Origin: Candidatus Woesearchaeota archaeon
Lineage (GTDB): Archaea > Nanobdellota > Nanobdellia > Woesearchaeales > UBA583
Length of the DNA: 64,000 nucleotides
Assembly (NCBI GenBank): GCA_965205335.1
Contig: OZ242164.1
Coordinates: 384,001 to 448,000 of the forward strand
Reading direction: 5' to 3'
Positions 37,339 to 47,010 of the stretch are shown one piece after another. A program made the position numbers and the translations under genes. How positions within the stretch are numbered: the stretch's first letter is position 1; the number at the start of each line of letters is the position of its first letter. The notes under the pieces were generated by a model. It was not told the origin of the DNA. It did no database searches and saw only the letters and a list, made by a program, of their open reading frames with translations.

Positions 37339-39030
37339 CTATTTATGTCCCTTACTCATACCTTCTCCTTTATTTTCATCCTTTAACTCCCTTCTTAAAA
37401 TCTTTCCGATATAACTCTTTGGAAGACTCTCTCTGAACTCAACATACTTTGGAACTTTATAATTTGCAAGATTTCTCGTGCAATACTCTATAATTTCCTC
37501 CTCAGTTAAAGAATCAGGTTTTTTTGGAACAACAAACACTTTTACAGCTTCCCCAGTTTTAGAATCCCGAACTCCTACAACACCTACCTCTAAAACTCCT
37601 TCATGCTTTGATATAACCTCTTCAATCTCATTGGGAAAAACATTAGACGCTGAAACCAAAATCATATCCTTTTTCCTGTCCACAATCTTAACAAAACCAT
37701 CTCTTTGCAAAATTCCTATATCTCCTGTATAAAACCATCCATCACGAAGAACTTTTTTTGTTTCTTTGGGAGTTCTCCAATACCCAGACATAACCTGAGG
37801 TCCCTTAACACAGATTTCTCCTATCTCTCCAAGTCCAACAGAATTCCCCTTCTCATCAACAATCCTTACATCAGTTGAAGAAACGGGCATTCCAACAGTT
37901 CCATACTGAGGCTTATCAATAGGATTAATACAAACAACAGGTGAAGTCTCCGTAAGCCCATACCCCTCAGAAATAGGGCAACCAGTAATCTTCTCCCATT
38001 TCTCTGCCACATTAAATGTAAGAGCCATCCCTCCTGCAATAGTTATCTTTAATTCACTAAAATCCACTTCCTCAAACTTAGAATTATTAATAAGTGCATT
38101 AAACAAAGTATTAATTCCTGCAAATACACTAAACCTATTCTTCTTTAAAACCTTAACAAAAGCAGGAATATCTCGCGGATTTGTAATCAAAATATTCTTA
38201 GCCCCAAAATAAACCATCACAAGACAACTAATTGTTGCAAAAACATGGCACAAAGGGAGAGGAGTTACGGCTACTTCTTCTTTCTCATTTAAATAACTCT
38301 TCATCCATACAACTATCTGAAAAACATTTGACATAATATTTCTCTGAGTTAACATAGCCCCCTTTGAAACACCCGTAGTTCCCCCTGTATATTGAATAAA
38401 TGCTAAATCATCAGGTAGTATGTCTACTCTATCAAAAGATCCATCGACTCCCATCTTAAGAGTCTCATTAAAAGAATAAGCATCCCTTAAACTATAGCGG
38501 GGAACATCTCTTTTAACATATTTAACAATACTATTAATAAGCAAAGACTTTGGAAAAGATAACATATCCCCAACATCTGTAACAATAATCTCAATAGGAC
38601 TAATATCAACAACAATCTCTTCAAGAGTATGAGCAAAATTAGAAAGAATCAAAATAGCCTTAACACCTGCATCTTTAAGCTGATACCCCATTTCTCTTGA
38701 AGTATAAAGAGGATTAACATTTACAATAACAACACCTATTCTAAGAGCACCAAAAACCGCAATCGGATATTGAAGAAGATTTGGCATACAAATAGCAAGC
38801 CTGTCTCCTTTTTTTAACCCCAAATGATTTTGCAAAAACGAAGCAAACTTCCTTGAAAGAATATCAACATCCTCAAAAGAAATATCACAGCCAAAATTAC
38901 TAAACGCCATACAGTCCTTATAAACAGAAAACTTCTCCTCAACCATATCTCTAACACACAAATACTCATCACAATTTATCTCATGCGGAACTCCCTTAGG
39001 GTAATTCTCCAACCATATCTTTTTTGACAT
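37339..39030 (-). CDS. fadD: Long-chain fatty acid-CoA ligase, bacterial FadD type
   Basis: WLENYPKGVP, MPNLLQYP, VNVNPLYT.RE, QYTGGTTGVSKGAML, EGYGLTETSP, TGDIG, IVDRKKDMI, GKILRREL. Confidence 0.93.
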   Translation of the reverse strand: MSKKIWLENYPKGVPHEINCDEYLCVRDMVEEKFSVYKDCMAFSNFGCDISFEDVDILSRKFASFLQNHLGLKKGDRLAICMPNLLQYPIAVFGALRIGVVIVNVNPLYTSREMGYQLKDAGVKAILILSNFAHTLEEIVVDISPIEIIVTDVGDMLSFPKSLLINSIVKYVKRDVPRYSLRDAYSFNETLKMGVDGSFDRVDILPDDLAFIQYTGGTTGVSKGAMLTQRNIMSNVFQIVVWMKSYLNEKEEVAVTPLPLCHVFATISCLVMVYFGAKNILITNPRDIPAFVKVLKKNRFSVFAGINTLFNALINNSKFEEVDFSELKITIAGGMALTFNVAEKWEKITGCPISEGYGLTETSPVVCINPIDKPQYGTVGMPVSSTDVRIVDEKGNSVGLGEIGEICVKGPQVMSGYWRTPKETKKVLRDGWFYTGDIGILQRDGFVKIVDRKKDMILVSASNVFPNEIEEVISKHEGVLEVGVVGVRDSKTGEAVKVFVVPKKPDSLTEEEIIEYCTRNLANYKVPKYVEFRESLPKSYIGKILRRELKDENKGEGMSKGHK

Positions 39031-39199
39031 CTCTCACACCTCCATAACACCTAATAACTTCAGAATTAACACAAAACCAGTGCATTCAAATTATAAATAT
39101 TAACTCATTGTCTAAGTAGTAACAAAAAGAACATACCTCATTTCTAAGAATCTCTCTAAAAAGTAATCTTTATAAAGAAAAATATTTAAACAATTTATA

Positions 39200-39700
39200 G
39201 TGGAATTCAAAAAAATAAAAAACAAGGTTACAGAGAAATATAGAAAAATTGGCATAACAAGACATATACGAATTGAGAATTATATTAAATTTCTTGAATC
39301 CAACATAAAAATTGCAAAAAAAAAAGACATTGAAACAACTAAAGATATTAAAAAAATAATTAAAAAAAAAATTAAAGATATTAAAGTGTTATATGTTCTA
39401 ATCGCCATTTCTTATCTTGGAATTTACTTTTCATTTATCTCATTTTTCATTATTGATTTATTCCTCTCACCAGAATTTACTCTTCTTTTCGGACAAAAAA
39501 TTAGTTTTCTTGGAACTACCTTATTTTTCATACTATTATTCATTTCAACCAGACTAAGAGATTTATACTATGAAGACTTAAATTTGTTATCATCTCACTT
39601 CATTGCAATCTATAATAAATATGCAGATAAAAACAAAGAATCTTTATTTAAAGATATAAATAAATACTCTTTATATATTAACTATTTAAAAGAATCCTAA
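39200..39700 (+). CDS. Hypothetical membrane protein
   Basis: Two TM segments; GTG start about 22 nt after a TATA box. Confidence 0.7.
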   Translation: MEFKKIKNKVTEKYRKIGITRHIRIENYIKFLESNIKIAKKKDIETTKDIKKIIKKKIKDIKVLYVLIAISYLGIYFSFISFFIIDLFLSPEFTLLFGQKISFLGTTLFFILLFISTRLRDLYYEDLNLLSSHFIAIYNKYADKNKESLFKDINKYSLYINYLKES

Positions 39701-39712
39701 ACTTTAAAAAAA

Positions 39713-40174
39713 ATGGAAGTCCACAAAAAAACAATCAAATACTATAAAAAAAGCCTAACAGACATTATCCAATACATCCTAAGCGTTATAGTAACTCTTC
39801 TCTTTTGCGTTGGATTAATCCCTTCACTATACATTGAACTTAACTTAGCAAAACCAATTATTATATTACTTATAATCCAATTTATTATCTCCCTAATTAG
39901 ACTAAGATTTGCCAATATAATCTTAGAAATACTTCTAATCATTTTTGCATTCATCTCAGTAATTCCATTTTTTGGATACATAACAAGAATATTGGGTTTC
40001 ATTTTCAGCTTACTTGAAGTTGCGTCATTTAAGAACAGAACACTCTACAAAAGAATACACATTAAAACATTCATAAGAACACCTTCGCAACACAGAGAAA
40101 AAAAACACGAAACAAAACCAAGATTCAACACACCTAAATCAAAAATTCACAACGCAAAATTCAAAGAAAAATAA
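39713..40174 (+). CDS. Hypothetical multi-pass membrane protein
   Basis: Several hydrophobic segments and a basic tail. Confidence 0.7.
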   Translation: MEVHKKTIKYYKKSLTDIIQYILSVIVTLLFCVGLIPSLYIELNLAKPIIILLIIQFIISLIRLRFANIILEILLIIFAFISVIPFFGYITRILGFIFSLLEVASFKNRTLYKRIHIKTFIRTPSQHREKKHETKPRFNTPKSKIHNAKFKEK

Positions 40175-40225
40175 AACCCATTTTGCATGCAGAAGTTTTA
40201 TAAACTCAAATTACACCAATCAATT

Positions 40226-41632
40226 ATGAAATTTGTAAACCTTGCAAACATATTTGAAAAACTTGAAAGAACCTCCAAAAGACTTGAAAAAATTATAATT
40301 CTAAGAGATTTCTTCACAGAGAACAAAAAAATTACTCCTTTGATTTTTGACTTAATTGCAGGAAACTACCAAAGAGAAAACAACAAAAGAAGTATTGGAA
40401 TTTCTCTTAAAACAATATTTAGCGTGATCTCATTTACCTCATCAAAAAATGAATCTGAAATTGAAAAACACTTTAACAAAATAGGAGATGTGGGAAAAGT
40501 TGCAGAGCACTTTCTAAAAAATCATAACAACCAAAAATCCCTTTCATCAAAACCTCTAACCTTTGAAGAGATAATAAAATCCTTTAAGACAATCTCCCAA
40601 AACTCAGGGACAAACAAAAATAAAATAAAAAAAGAAATACTAACAAACCTGTTCCTATCTGCAAAATCTGATTTGGAATACAAATTCCTTGCAAGAATTT
40701 TAATTGAGGAACTAAGAATAGGAGTATCAGAAGGAGTTCTGCGTGAGGCATTTGTCAATGCCCTTTTTCCCAAAATCATAAACATCCAGATAATATGTTC
40801 AAACTGCCATTACATGAACCTGAATTCAAAAAAATGTTTAAAATGCTCACAGGAATTAAATGATAAAAACCAAGATAAATTAGTTTCAAAAAGATACAAA
40901 ATTAAAGAAACCAAAAAAGATGAAAACTTACTAAAACAACTTAATACCTTCCTAAAATTAAACTCTAAAACAAACATCATTAAAACAGACAACCCAAGAG
41001 AATTATACAATTTATTCCTGTCATTATTTGAAAAAAAATATAACACAATTAACTCTTTTGTAAGTGTTTACTCAGAACTTGAAGATGATTTGCGAAAAGT
41101 AATCAAAACCCAGATTAAAATCGGCAATCCAATAAAATCAATGCTTGGAGTTCGTTCGAATTCAATATCACAGAGTTTTGAAATATGCAAAAAACCAGCC
41201 CTTCTTGACTTTAAATATGACGGACTTCGCATCCAGATTCATAACGACTGCAAAAAAGTTAAACTATTTTCAAGAAATTTAGATGAGATAACCAAACAAT
41301 TCCCTGAAATCATCTCATTTATTAAAAACAACTTCTCAGATACAAGTTTCATACTTGACTGCGAATGCGTTGGATTTGACTTTAACAAAATGGAATTTCT
41401 GCCCTTTCAAATTCTTAGCAGAAGAATCCTCACAAAAAACACAGACCAAGTTTCACATATAAAAGTTGTAGTAAAAGCATTTGACATTTTCTACATAAAC
41501 GGCAAAACAATAATTGATGAACCATACGAAAAAAGAAGAGAACTGCTTGAAGGACTATTCATTAACAGAACTCTGAAACAGGAAACAAATTTTAATACAA
41601 AAACACTTAACAAACTTCTTAATCAACTGTAA
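40226..41632 (+). CDS. lig: ATP-dependent DNA ligase, N-terminal half (DNA-binding domain with Zn-ribbon insert, adenylation motifs I-IIIa)
   Basis: MKFVNLANIFEKLERTSKRLEK, GDVGKVA, LRIGVSE, FKYDGLRIQIH (I), LFSRNL, ILDCEC (III), AFDIFYING (IIIa), PYEKRRELLE then stop. TATA at 40197-40204 supports the ATG at 40226. Confidence 0.93.
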   Translation: MKFVNLANIFEKLERTSKRLEKIIILRDFFTENKKITPLIFDLIAGNYQRENNKRSIGISLKTIFSVISFTSSKNESEIEKHFNKIGDVGKVAEHFLKNHNNQKSLSSKPLTFEEIIKSFKTISQNSGTNKNKIKKEILTNLFLSAKSDLEYKFLARILIEELRIGVSEGVLREAFVNALFPKIINIQIICSNCHYMNLNSKKCLKCSQELNDKNQDKLVSKRYKIKETKKDENLLKQLNTFLKLNSKTNIIKTDNPRELYNLFLSLFEKKYNTINSFVSVYSELEDDLRKVIKTQIKIGNPIKSMLGVRSNSISQSFEICKKPALLDFKYDGLRIQIHNDCKKVKLFSRNLDEITKQFPEIISFIKNNFSDTSFILDCECVGFDFNKMEFLPFQILSRRILTKNTDQVSHIKVVVKAFDIFYINGKTIIDEPYEKRRELLEGLFINRTLKQETNFNTKTLNKLLNQL

Positions 41633-41918
41633 AGAGAACATTATCATAACCAACATCAAAAACTCCTATTCTTGCCCCCGCATCAAGCCAACCATAAGAA
41701 TAATTTAATGCAGCAAACGAATTAATATAATCACCCTTCTCTCTAAAATGCTTTGCATCCTTATAATAAGTTTTAGCCATATCAAGATAATCCTTCGCTA
41801 CTTTATACAAATGACTTCTCTGTGGCACGCAAATCTTTAACTTTTCAAGAGCTCTTTTTGATACATCAAAATATTTATCTAATTTCTCATCAGTTATTTC
41901 ATTTCTTATATCTACCAT
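41619..41918 (-). CDS. DUF357 family protein
   Basis: DMAKTYYKDAKHF...INSFAALNYSYGWLDAGARIG. Confidence 0.9.
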   Translation of the reverse strand: MVDIRNEITDEKLDKYFDVSKRALEKLKICVPQRSHLYKVAKDYLDMAKTYYKDAKHFREKGDYINSFAALNYSYGWLDAGARIGVFDVGYDNVLFTVD

Positions 41919-42072
41919 TACAATTTACTTTAACAGTTATTTCTTTATAAATAGATATCATAGAACTCACACATAAAAACAATACAAAATAATGCATTAT
42001 TCAAATTAACATAACAAACTTCTAAAAAAGAAGAATTTATATAAATAAACAAATTACCTAAATATTAGGATA

Positions 42073-43470
42073 ATGAAATCTCAAATAGATACTTACTTTA
42101 AATCAATTGATGAATACATTGAAAAAGCATATGACATAGCATCAAAGGCAAAAAAACAAGGATATGACCCAAATGATTCTGTTGAGATGACAATCACAAA
42201 AGACATCTCTGAGAGAGTAGAAGGACTTGTTGGAGTTATCTCACCGCAGGTTCTCGGATGCGGAATTGCCCAGAGAATAAAAGAACTTGAAGTAGAATAC
42301 GGAAAATTAGACTGGAGAATTGGGCTGCAAATAGCATATGAAGTAGCACAGGAGAAATTCTGCAAATTTGAATCAAAAAAAGAAGCCATGGAAGTAGGAA
42401 TCCGCATTGGCTTTGCATATTTAACACTTGGTATTGTAAGTGCTCCTCTTGAAGGATTCATAGGAATCGAATTTAAAAAAAGAAATGACGGTGATGAATA
42501 TGTAGCAATGACTTTTGCTGGTCCCATTAGAGCAGCAGGAGGAACAGCAGGAGCAGTAGTTGTTCTAATTGGAGATTTCGTGAGAGTGAAAATGGGTTAT
42601 AAAACTTATGATGTTACCCAAGCCGAACTAAAAAGATTCCACACAGAACTTATGGATTATCACGAAAGATGCGTTAGATTACAATACGTCCCAACAGAAA
42701 AAGAAACACATTTTCTAATAAAAAACATAGGAGTTGAAATATCAGGAGACCCCTCAGAAGATATTGAAGTATCTAACTATAAAGACCTGCCAAGAATTAA
42801 CACAAACAGAATCAGAGGAGGAATGTGCCTTGTAGTTGGAGAATGCCTTATCCAAAAAGCCGCCAAACTATACAAAAGAATTGAAGAGTGGGGAAAAGAA
42901 TTTGGCGTTGGACAATGGTTGTTTCTTAAGAAATTTCTTGACTTGCAAAAAAAAATCAAAGCAAAAACAGAAGAAACAACAAAAAAGAAAGAAGATGAAA
43001 ACAAACCAAAAATTCTCCCAAACTACACATTCATACAAGACATTGTAGCAGGAAGACCAATATTTACATTCCCGATGGAAAAAGGAGGATTTAGATTACG
43101 TTATGGAAGAAGTAGAACATCAGGATTTGCATCAAGTTCAGTATCAGCCCAGACTATGGAAATACTTAATGACTTCATAGGGGTTGGAACTCAATTAAAA
43201 ATTGAAAGACCTGGAAAAGCAACAGTAATAACTGCATGTGATACAATAGAACCTCCAATAGTGAAACTGAAAGATGGGAGCGTAAAAAGACTAAGCACGC
43301 AAGAAGAAGCAAAAAAATACTCAAAAGAAATAGAAGAAATAATACACCTTGGAGACTTACTAATCTCATACGGAGAATTCTCAGAGAACAATCATCCCCT
43401 TGTTCCAAACGGATACTGTGAAGAAGAATGGGCATTAGAACTCATTGACAAACTAAACAAAAAACAATAA
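42073..43470 (+). CDS. polC: DNA polymerase D large subunit DP2, N-terminal portion only
   Basis: AKKQGYDP, SAPLEG, FAGPIRAAGGTA, NRIRGG, GGFRLRYGRSR, QLKIERPGK, GEFSENNHPL; stops after PNGYCEEEW. Confidence 0.92.
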   Translation: MKSQIDTYFKSIDEYIEKAYDIASKAKKQGYDPNDSVEMTITKDISERVEGLVGVISPQVLGCGIAQRIKELEVEYGKLDWRIGLQIAYEVAQEKFCKFESKKEAMEVGIRIGFAYLTLGIVSAPLEGFIGIEFKKRNDGDEYVAMTFAGPIRAAGGTAGAVVVLIGDFVRVKMGYKTYDVTQAELKRFHTELMDYHERCVRLQYVPTEKETHFLIKNIGVEISGDPSEDIEVSNYKDLPRINTNRIRGGMCLVVGECLIQKAAKLYKRIEEWGKEFGVGQWLFLKKFLDLQKKIKAKTEETTKKKEDENKPKILPNYTFIQDIVAGRPIFTFPMEKGGFRLRYGRSRTSGFASSSVSAQTMEILNDFIGVGTQLKIERPGKATVITACDTIEPPIVKLKDGSVKRLSTQEEAKKYSKEIEEIIHLGDLLISYGEFSENNHPLVPNGYCEEEWALELIDKLNKKQ

Positions 43471-43504
43471 ACTATAACAAAAAAACAATAAATTTATACT
43501 ACTC

Positions 43505-46500
43505 CTAAACCTTCTCCATACTAACCACTAACTTTTTACCCTTAATCTCAAACTCAAACTTCTTTCCTAAACTATGACTAAGAATATCCTCTGCTCCAAC
43601 CCTTCCTTTAATCAAAGATGAACAATTAAACGCAAGTTCCATATAATAATCATCCGAACCCTCAAAACTAATATTAACCAAATCAGACTTATTCAAACCC
43701 AAATCCTTCCTGATAGACTGAACCCTCCTTATCAATTCCCTTAAATACCCCTGCTCAAGCAAAATCTCATCCTGATGAGTATGTAAAATAACATTTCCGC
43801 AACTAAAATCAGACGAAACAAGCTCATCAGATAAACTCATCTCTTTAATAATATGACGTTCAAAATCAATCTCCAGACCGTCATAAACCCCATTAGAGTT
43901 GCCATCCTTTAAATCCTTTGCAATACTATCCTTATTCTTATTAATTGCACTAATAACCGAACTTGGATTATCAAAATCCCTCTTTAACTCCGAAAAATTA
44001 GGCTTAACAATATAACTAAAATCAATCTCCCCTAAATCATAACTAACCTTTGAAACATTTGTTAATTTTTTAATCAGACCCTCAAACACTAAAAGTTTAG
44101 AACTCAAATCAACACCTGAACCAATATCAATCTGAGACAAAGGCCAGCGAACACCAATATTTGTCCTCTCTCTTGCATTTAAAACTGCTCCTATAACCTC
44201 ACGCGCCAACTCAAAATTTGAATCAACCTCAAGCTCGCAAACCTTCTTAACAAGCAAAGAATCAACAGACGGAAAACTCTCAAGAAAAACAGATTCCCTC
44301 TTATTAAAAATAAAACTATCTTGATACAAAGCTTCAGCCTTAAAAGGAATAGCACACGAAAGCATAACCAAAGACTTTCTCAAAACCTCATTTAAAACAA
44401 AAATCAAATCCTCATCCCTACTCTCACAAATATCCTTAACCAACTTCAAATAAACCTTTGAAAAATCATTTACAATAAAACTCTCAACCTCCTTAAAAGC
44501 CACATTCAATCTAAAATGTTCCATATCTAACTCAAAACTCTCAACAACACTATTCAACCTATACAAAATCCACATATGAACAGAATCAAGACTTGTCAAA
44601 GAAACACTTGGAGTTCTATTTACACTATACTCACCCAGATAAGAATTACAGAACTTAAACACATTCTCCAAAGTATTAAAAAAACCATAAACTATTGAAA
44701 ACTCATCAGGATCAAAATTTATCACATCCTCAGTAGCCCTTTTTGTCAAAAGATAATACCTTGTAGCATCACTTCCCCACCTATTAATTGCTTCTACGCC
44801 ATCAATCCCATTACCCAAAGACTTAGACATCTTAACCCCGTTCTTATCCATAACATACCTGTAAAATAAAACCTGATTATAAGGTGCTTTCTCACAAACC
44901 ACATACCCTACATTAAACAAAGAAGAAAACCAACCTCTTATCTGGTCCTCCCCTTCCGTAATCCACGAGATAGGATAGTACTTCTTAATTATCTCATCAA
45001 AAGAAAGCCCCTCGCCATAATGAGATGCAAAAGAGGCGCAACCCGAATCAAACCACACATCCGCAATAAACGGAACTCTTCTCATTACCTTTCCGCTCTT
45101 CTCATTTGCAAACTCAACTCCCTCTAAATCATCAATATGCAAATCATCAAAAGACTTGCCACATCTTTTCTCCAATTCCTCCTTTGAACCAATCACTTCG
45201 TAATTCCCATCCTCATCTTCCCAAATAGGAAGCGGAATACCCCAATACCTCTGCCTTGAAATTGCCCAGTCCCCAGCACTCTCCATTAAATTATTAAAAC
45301 TTGCCTTTGCCGATTGAGGAAACCACTTAACATTACTATTCTCCTTTATAATATCACCTGTAATCTCTGACCTCTTAATCCACCATTGATCTGCTGCTCT
45401 ATAAACAATTGGAGTCTTGCACCTCCAACAGCAAGGATACCTATGCGACTTTATCTCATTATGAAGCAAAAACCCCTTCTCTTTAAGATACGAAATAGCA
45501 ACTGAATCAACATCTTTAAAATACATCCCCTCATACTTACCCTCTGAAAAATTTCCTTTCCCATCAACAGGACAGAAAATTGGAATATTATATTTCTTTC
45601 CAATCTCATAATCATCAAACCCATGTCCTGGGGCTATATGAACAAGTCCTGTCCCATCAGACTTAGAACCTCCCCCTGATAACTCCTTTGAATTATCCTC
45701 ATTTACACCTTCTCCAACTTCCTCATCATTTTCCCTCTCATCTTCCTTCTTATCCGAATGCTTATAACCTCTCTTATCCAACTTATCAAAAATATCCTCC
45801 TGCTCATTAAGAGTTACAAAATCCGCCATAATAACACTATGAATATGCTTATGCTCAGATCTTACAAAACTCTTCTGTGAAGGCGTCTCATCCATATAAA
45901 TATGAACATACCTAACACCCTCAAACTCAATTCCTAACTTAACCTCTAAAATTGAAACTAACTTAATATCATTTGACTTGGAAATCTTCTCAATAACATT
46001 CTCAACAAGGCTCTGGGCAATAATCAAAACCTCTTTTTTACCATTTAACTCAACCAAAACCTTAGCGTAACTAAACTTAGGATGCATTGCAATTGCCATA
46101 TCCGACTGAAGAGTCCAAGGAGTTGTTGTCCATATAACCAATGATTCCTCATACTGCGTTGTTCTCTCATTTTCACAAAGTGGAAACTTAACATAAATAC
46201 TTGGATCATCTAAAACCTTATAAGTATCCTTAATCTCATAATCAGACAAAGTAGTCTCATCATTTGGACACCACGCAACAGTCTTATAATCCTTATACAG
46301 CAAACCCTTCTCCTGAGCCTTCTTAAAATACATCCAAGAACTTGAAATATAATCTGGGTGTGATGTCTGATACTGATTTGGATCAAGCCACAAACCATAC
46401 CTGCTCCGAACTCCTTTCATATCATTTATTATCTCTGATATATACTTTTTACATTCTCTTAGAAAATTCTCAACACCAAATTCCTTCAAATCATCAACTG

Positions 46501-46792
46501 TTTTAAGATTCAATTTATTCTGAACCTTATTCTCAACAGGAAGCCCATGAACATCATATCCATCTCTGGCGTAAACATCCTCCCCACAAAACCTCCTAAA
46601 CCTTAAAACACAATCCTTAATTGCCCAGTTTCTTAAATGTCCTAAATGAGCATCCCCTGTTGGATAAGGAGGACCTTCTACAAAATTAAACTTCTTTAAG
46701 CCCTTATTTTTAGAATTAACTTTTTGAAAAATATTATTATTCTCCCAGAATTCTAATATCTCAACCTCTCTTGCAAACTTATCCTTATTCAT
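43505..46792 (-). CDS. ileS: Isoleucyl-tRNA synthetase (archaeal/eukaryal type)
   Basis: EGPPYPTG, HLGH, WTTTPWTL, GTGLVHIAPGHG, DWAISRQRYWG, EGEDQIRGWF, KMSKS. Confidence 0.97.
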   Translation of the reverse strand: MNKDKFAREVEILEFWENNNIFQKVNSKNKGLKKFNFVEGPPYPTGDAHLGHLRNWAIKDCVLRFRRFCGEDVYARDGYDVHGLPVENKVQNKLNLKTVDDLKEFGVENFLRECKKYISEIINDMKGVRSRYGLWLDPNQYQTSHPDYISSSWMYFKKAQEKGLLYKDYKTVAWCPNDETTLSDYEIKDTYKVLDDPSIYVKFPLCENERTTQYEESLVIWTTTPWTLQSDMAIAMHPKFSYAKVLVELNGKKEVLIIAQSLVENVIEKISKSNDIKLVSILEVKLGIEFEGVRYVHIYMDETPSQKSFVRSEHKHIHSVIMADFVTLNEQEDIFDKLDKRGYKHSDKKEDERENDEEVGEGVNEDNSKELSGGGSKSDGTGLVHIAPGHGFDDYEIGKKYNIPIFCPVDGKGNFSEGKYEGMYFKDVDSVAISYLKEKGFLLHNEIKSHRYPCCWRCKTPIVYRAADQWWIKRSEITGDIIKENSNVKWFPQSAKASFNNLMESAGDWAISRQRYWGIPLPIWEDEDGNYEVIGSKEELEKRCGKSFDDLHIDDLEGVEFANEKSGKVMRRVPFIADVWFDSGCASFASHYGEGLSFDEIIKKYYPISWITEGEDQIRGWFSSLFNVGYVVCEKAPYNQVLFYRYVMDKNGVKMSKSLGNGIDGVEAINRWGSDATRYYLLTKRATEDVINFDPDEFSIVYGFFNTLENVFKFCNSYLGEYSVNRTPSVSLTSLDSVHMWILYRLNSVVESFELDMEHFRLNVAFKEVESFIVNDFSKVYLKLVKDICESRDEDLIFVLNEVLRKSLVMLSCAIPFKAEALYQDSFIFNKRESVFLESFPSVDSLLVKKVCELEVDSNFELAREVIGAVLNARERTNIGVRWPLSQIDIGSGVDLSSKLLVFEGLIKKLTNVSKVSYDLGEIDFSYIVKPNFSELKRDFDNPSSVISAINKNKDSIAKDLKDGNSNGVYDGLEIDFERHIIKEMSLSDELVSSDFSCGNVILHTHQDEILLEQGYLRELIRRVQSIRKDLGLNKSDLVNISFEGSDDYYMELAFNCSSLIKGRVGAEDILSHSLGKKFEFEIKGKKLVVSMEKV

Positions 46793-47010
46793 AACTAAAT
46801 TCAAAAGTAACCATTTATAAAATTAACTTATAAAATCTGTTAACATCACCACACTACATCAAAACAAGAAATCAATATAAATCACATTTAGAATAAAAAC
46901 ATTGTCATTTTGAAGCAGGGTTTACTTCAACCCCACTTAACAAATATTGTCTATCAATCAAACTTGACAACTTGGCTTAAATTAAAATAAAATAAATTCC
47001 ATTAAAGAAT

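Noticed and set aside
40187-40225. ORF-track start of the ligase N-half at 40187
   Set aside because: This stretch contains the TATA box; the ATG at 40226 gives the canonical MKF..LA..FEKLE start.
2936-43470. Split inteins joining the ligase or DP2 halves
   Set aside because: No intein N-terminal C/S block at the ends of the N-halves, and no HN-C/S/T junction in the ligase C-half extension.
46905-46975. Hairpin TTGAAG...CTTCAA downstream of the S-layer gene as an ncRNA
   Set aside because: The short stem is compatible with a 3' UTR or terminator structure, and no recognisable RNA family motif is present.
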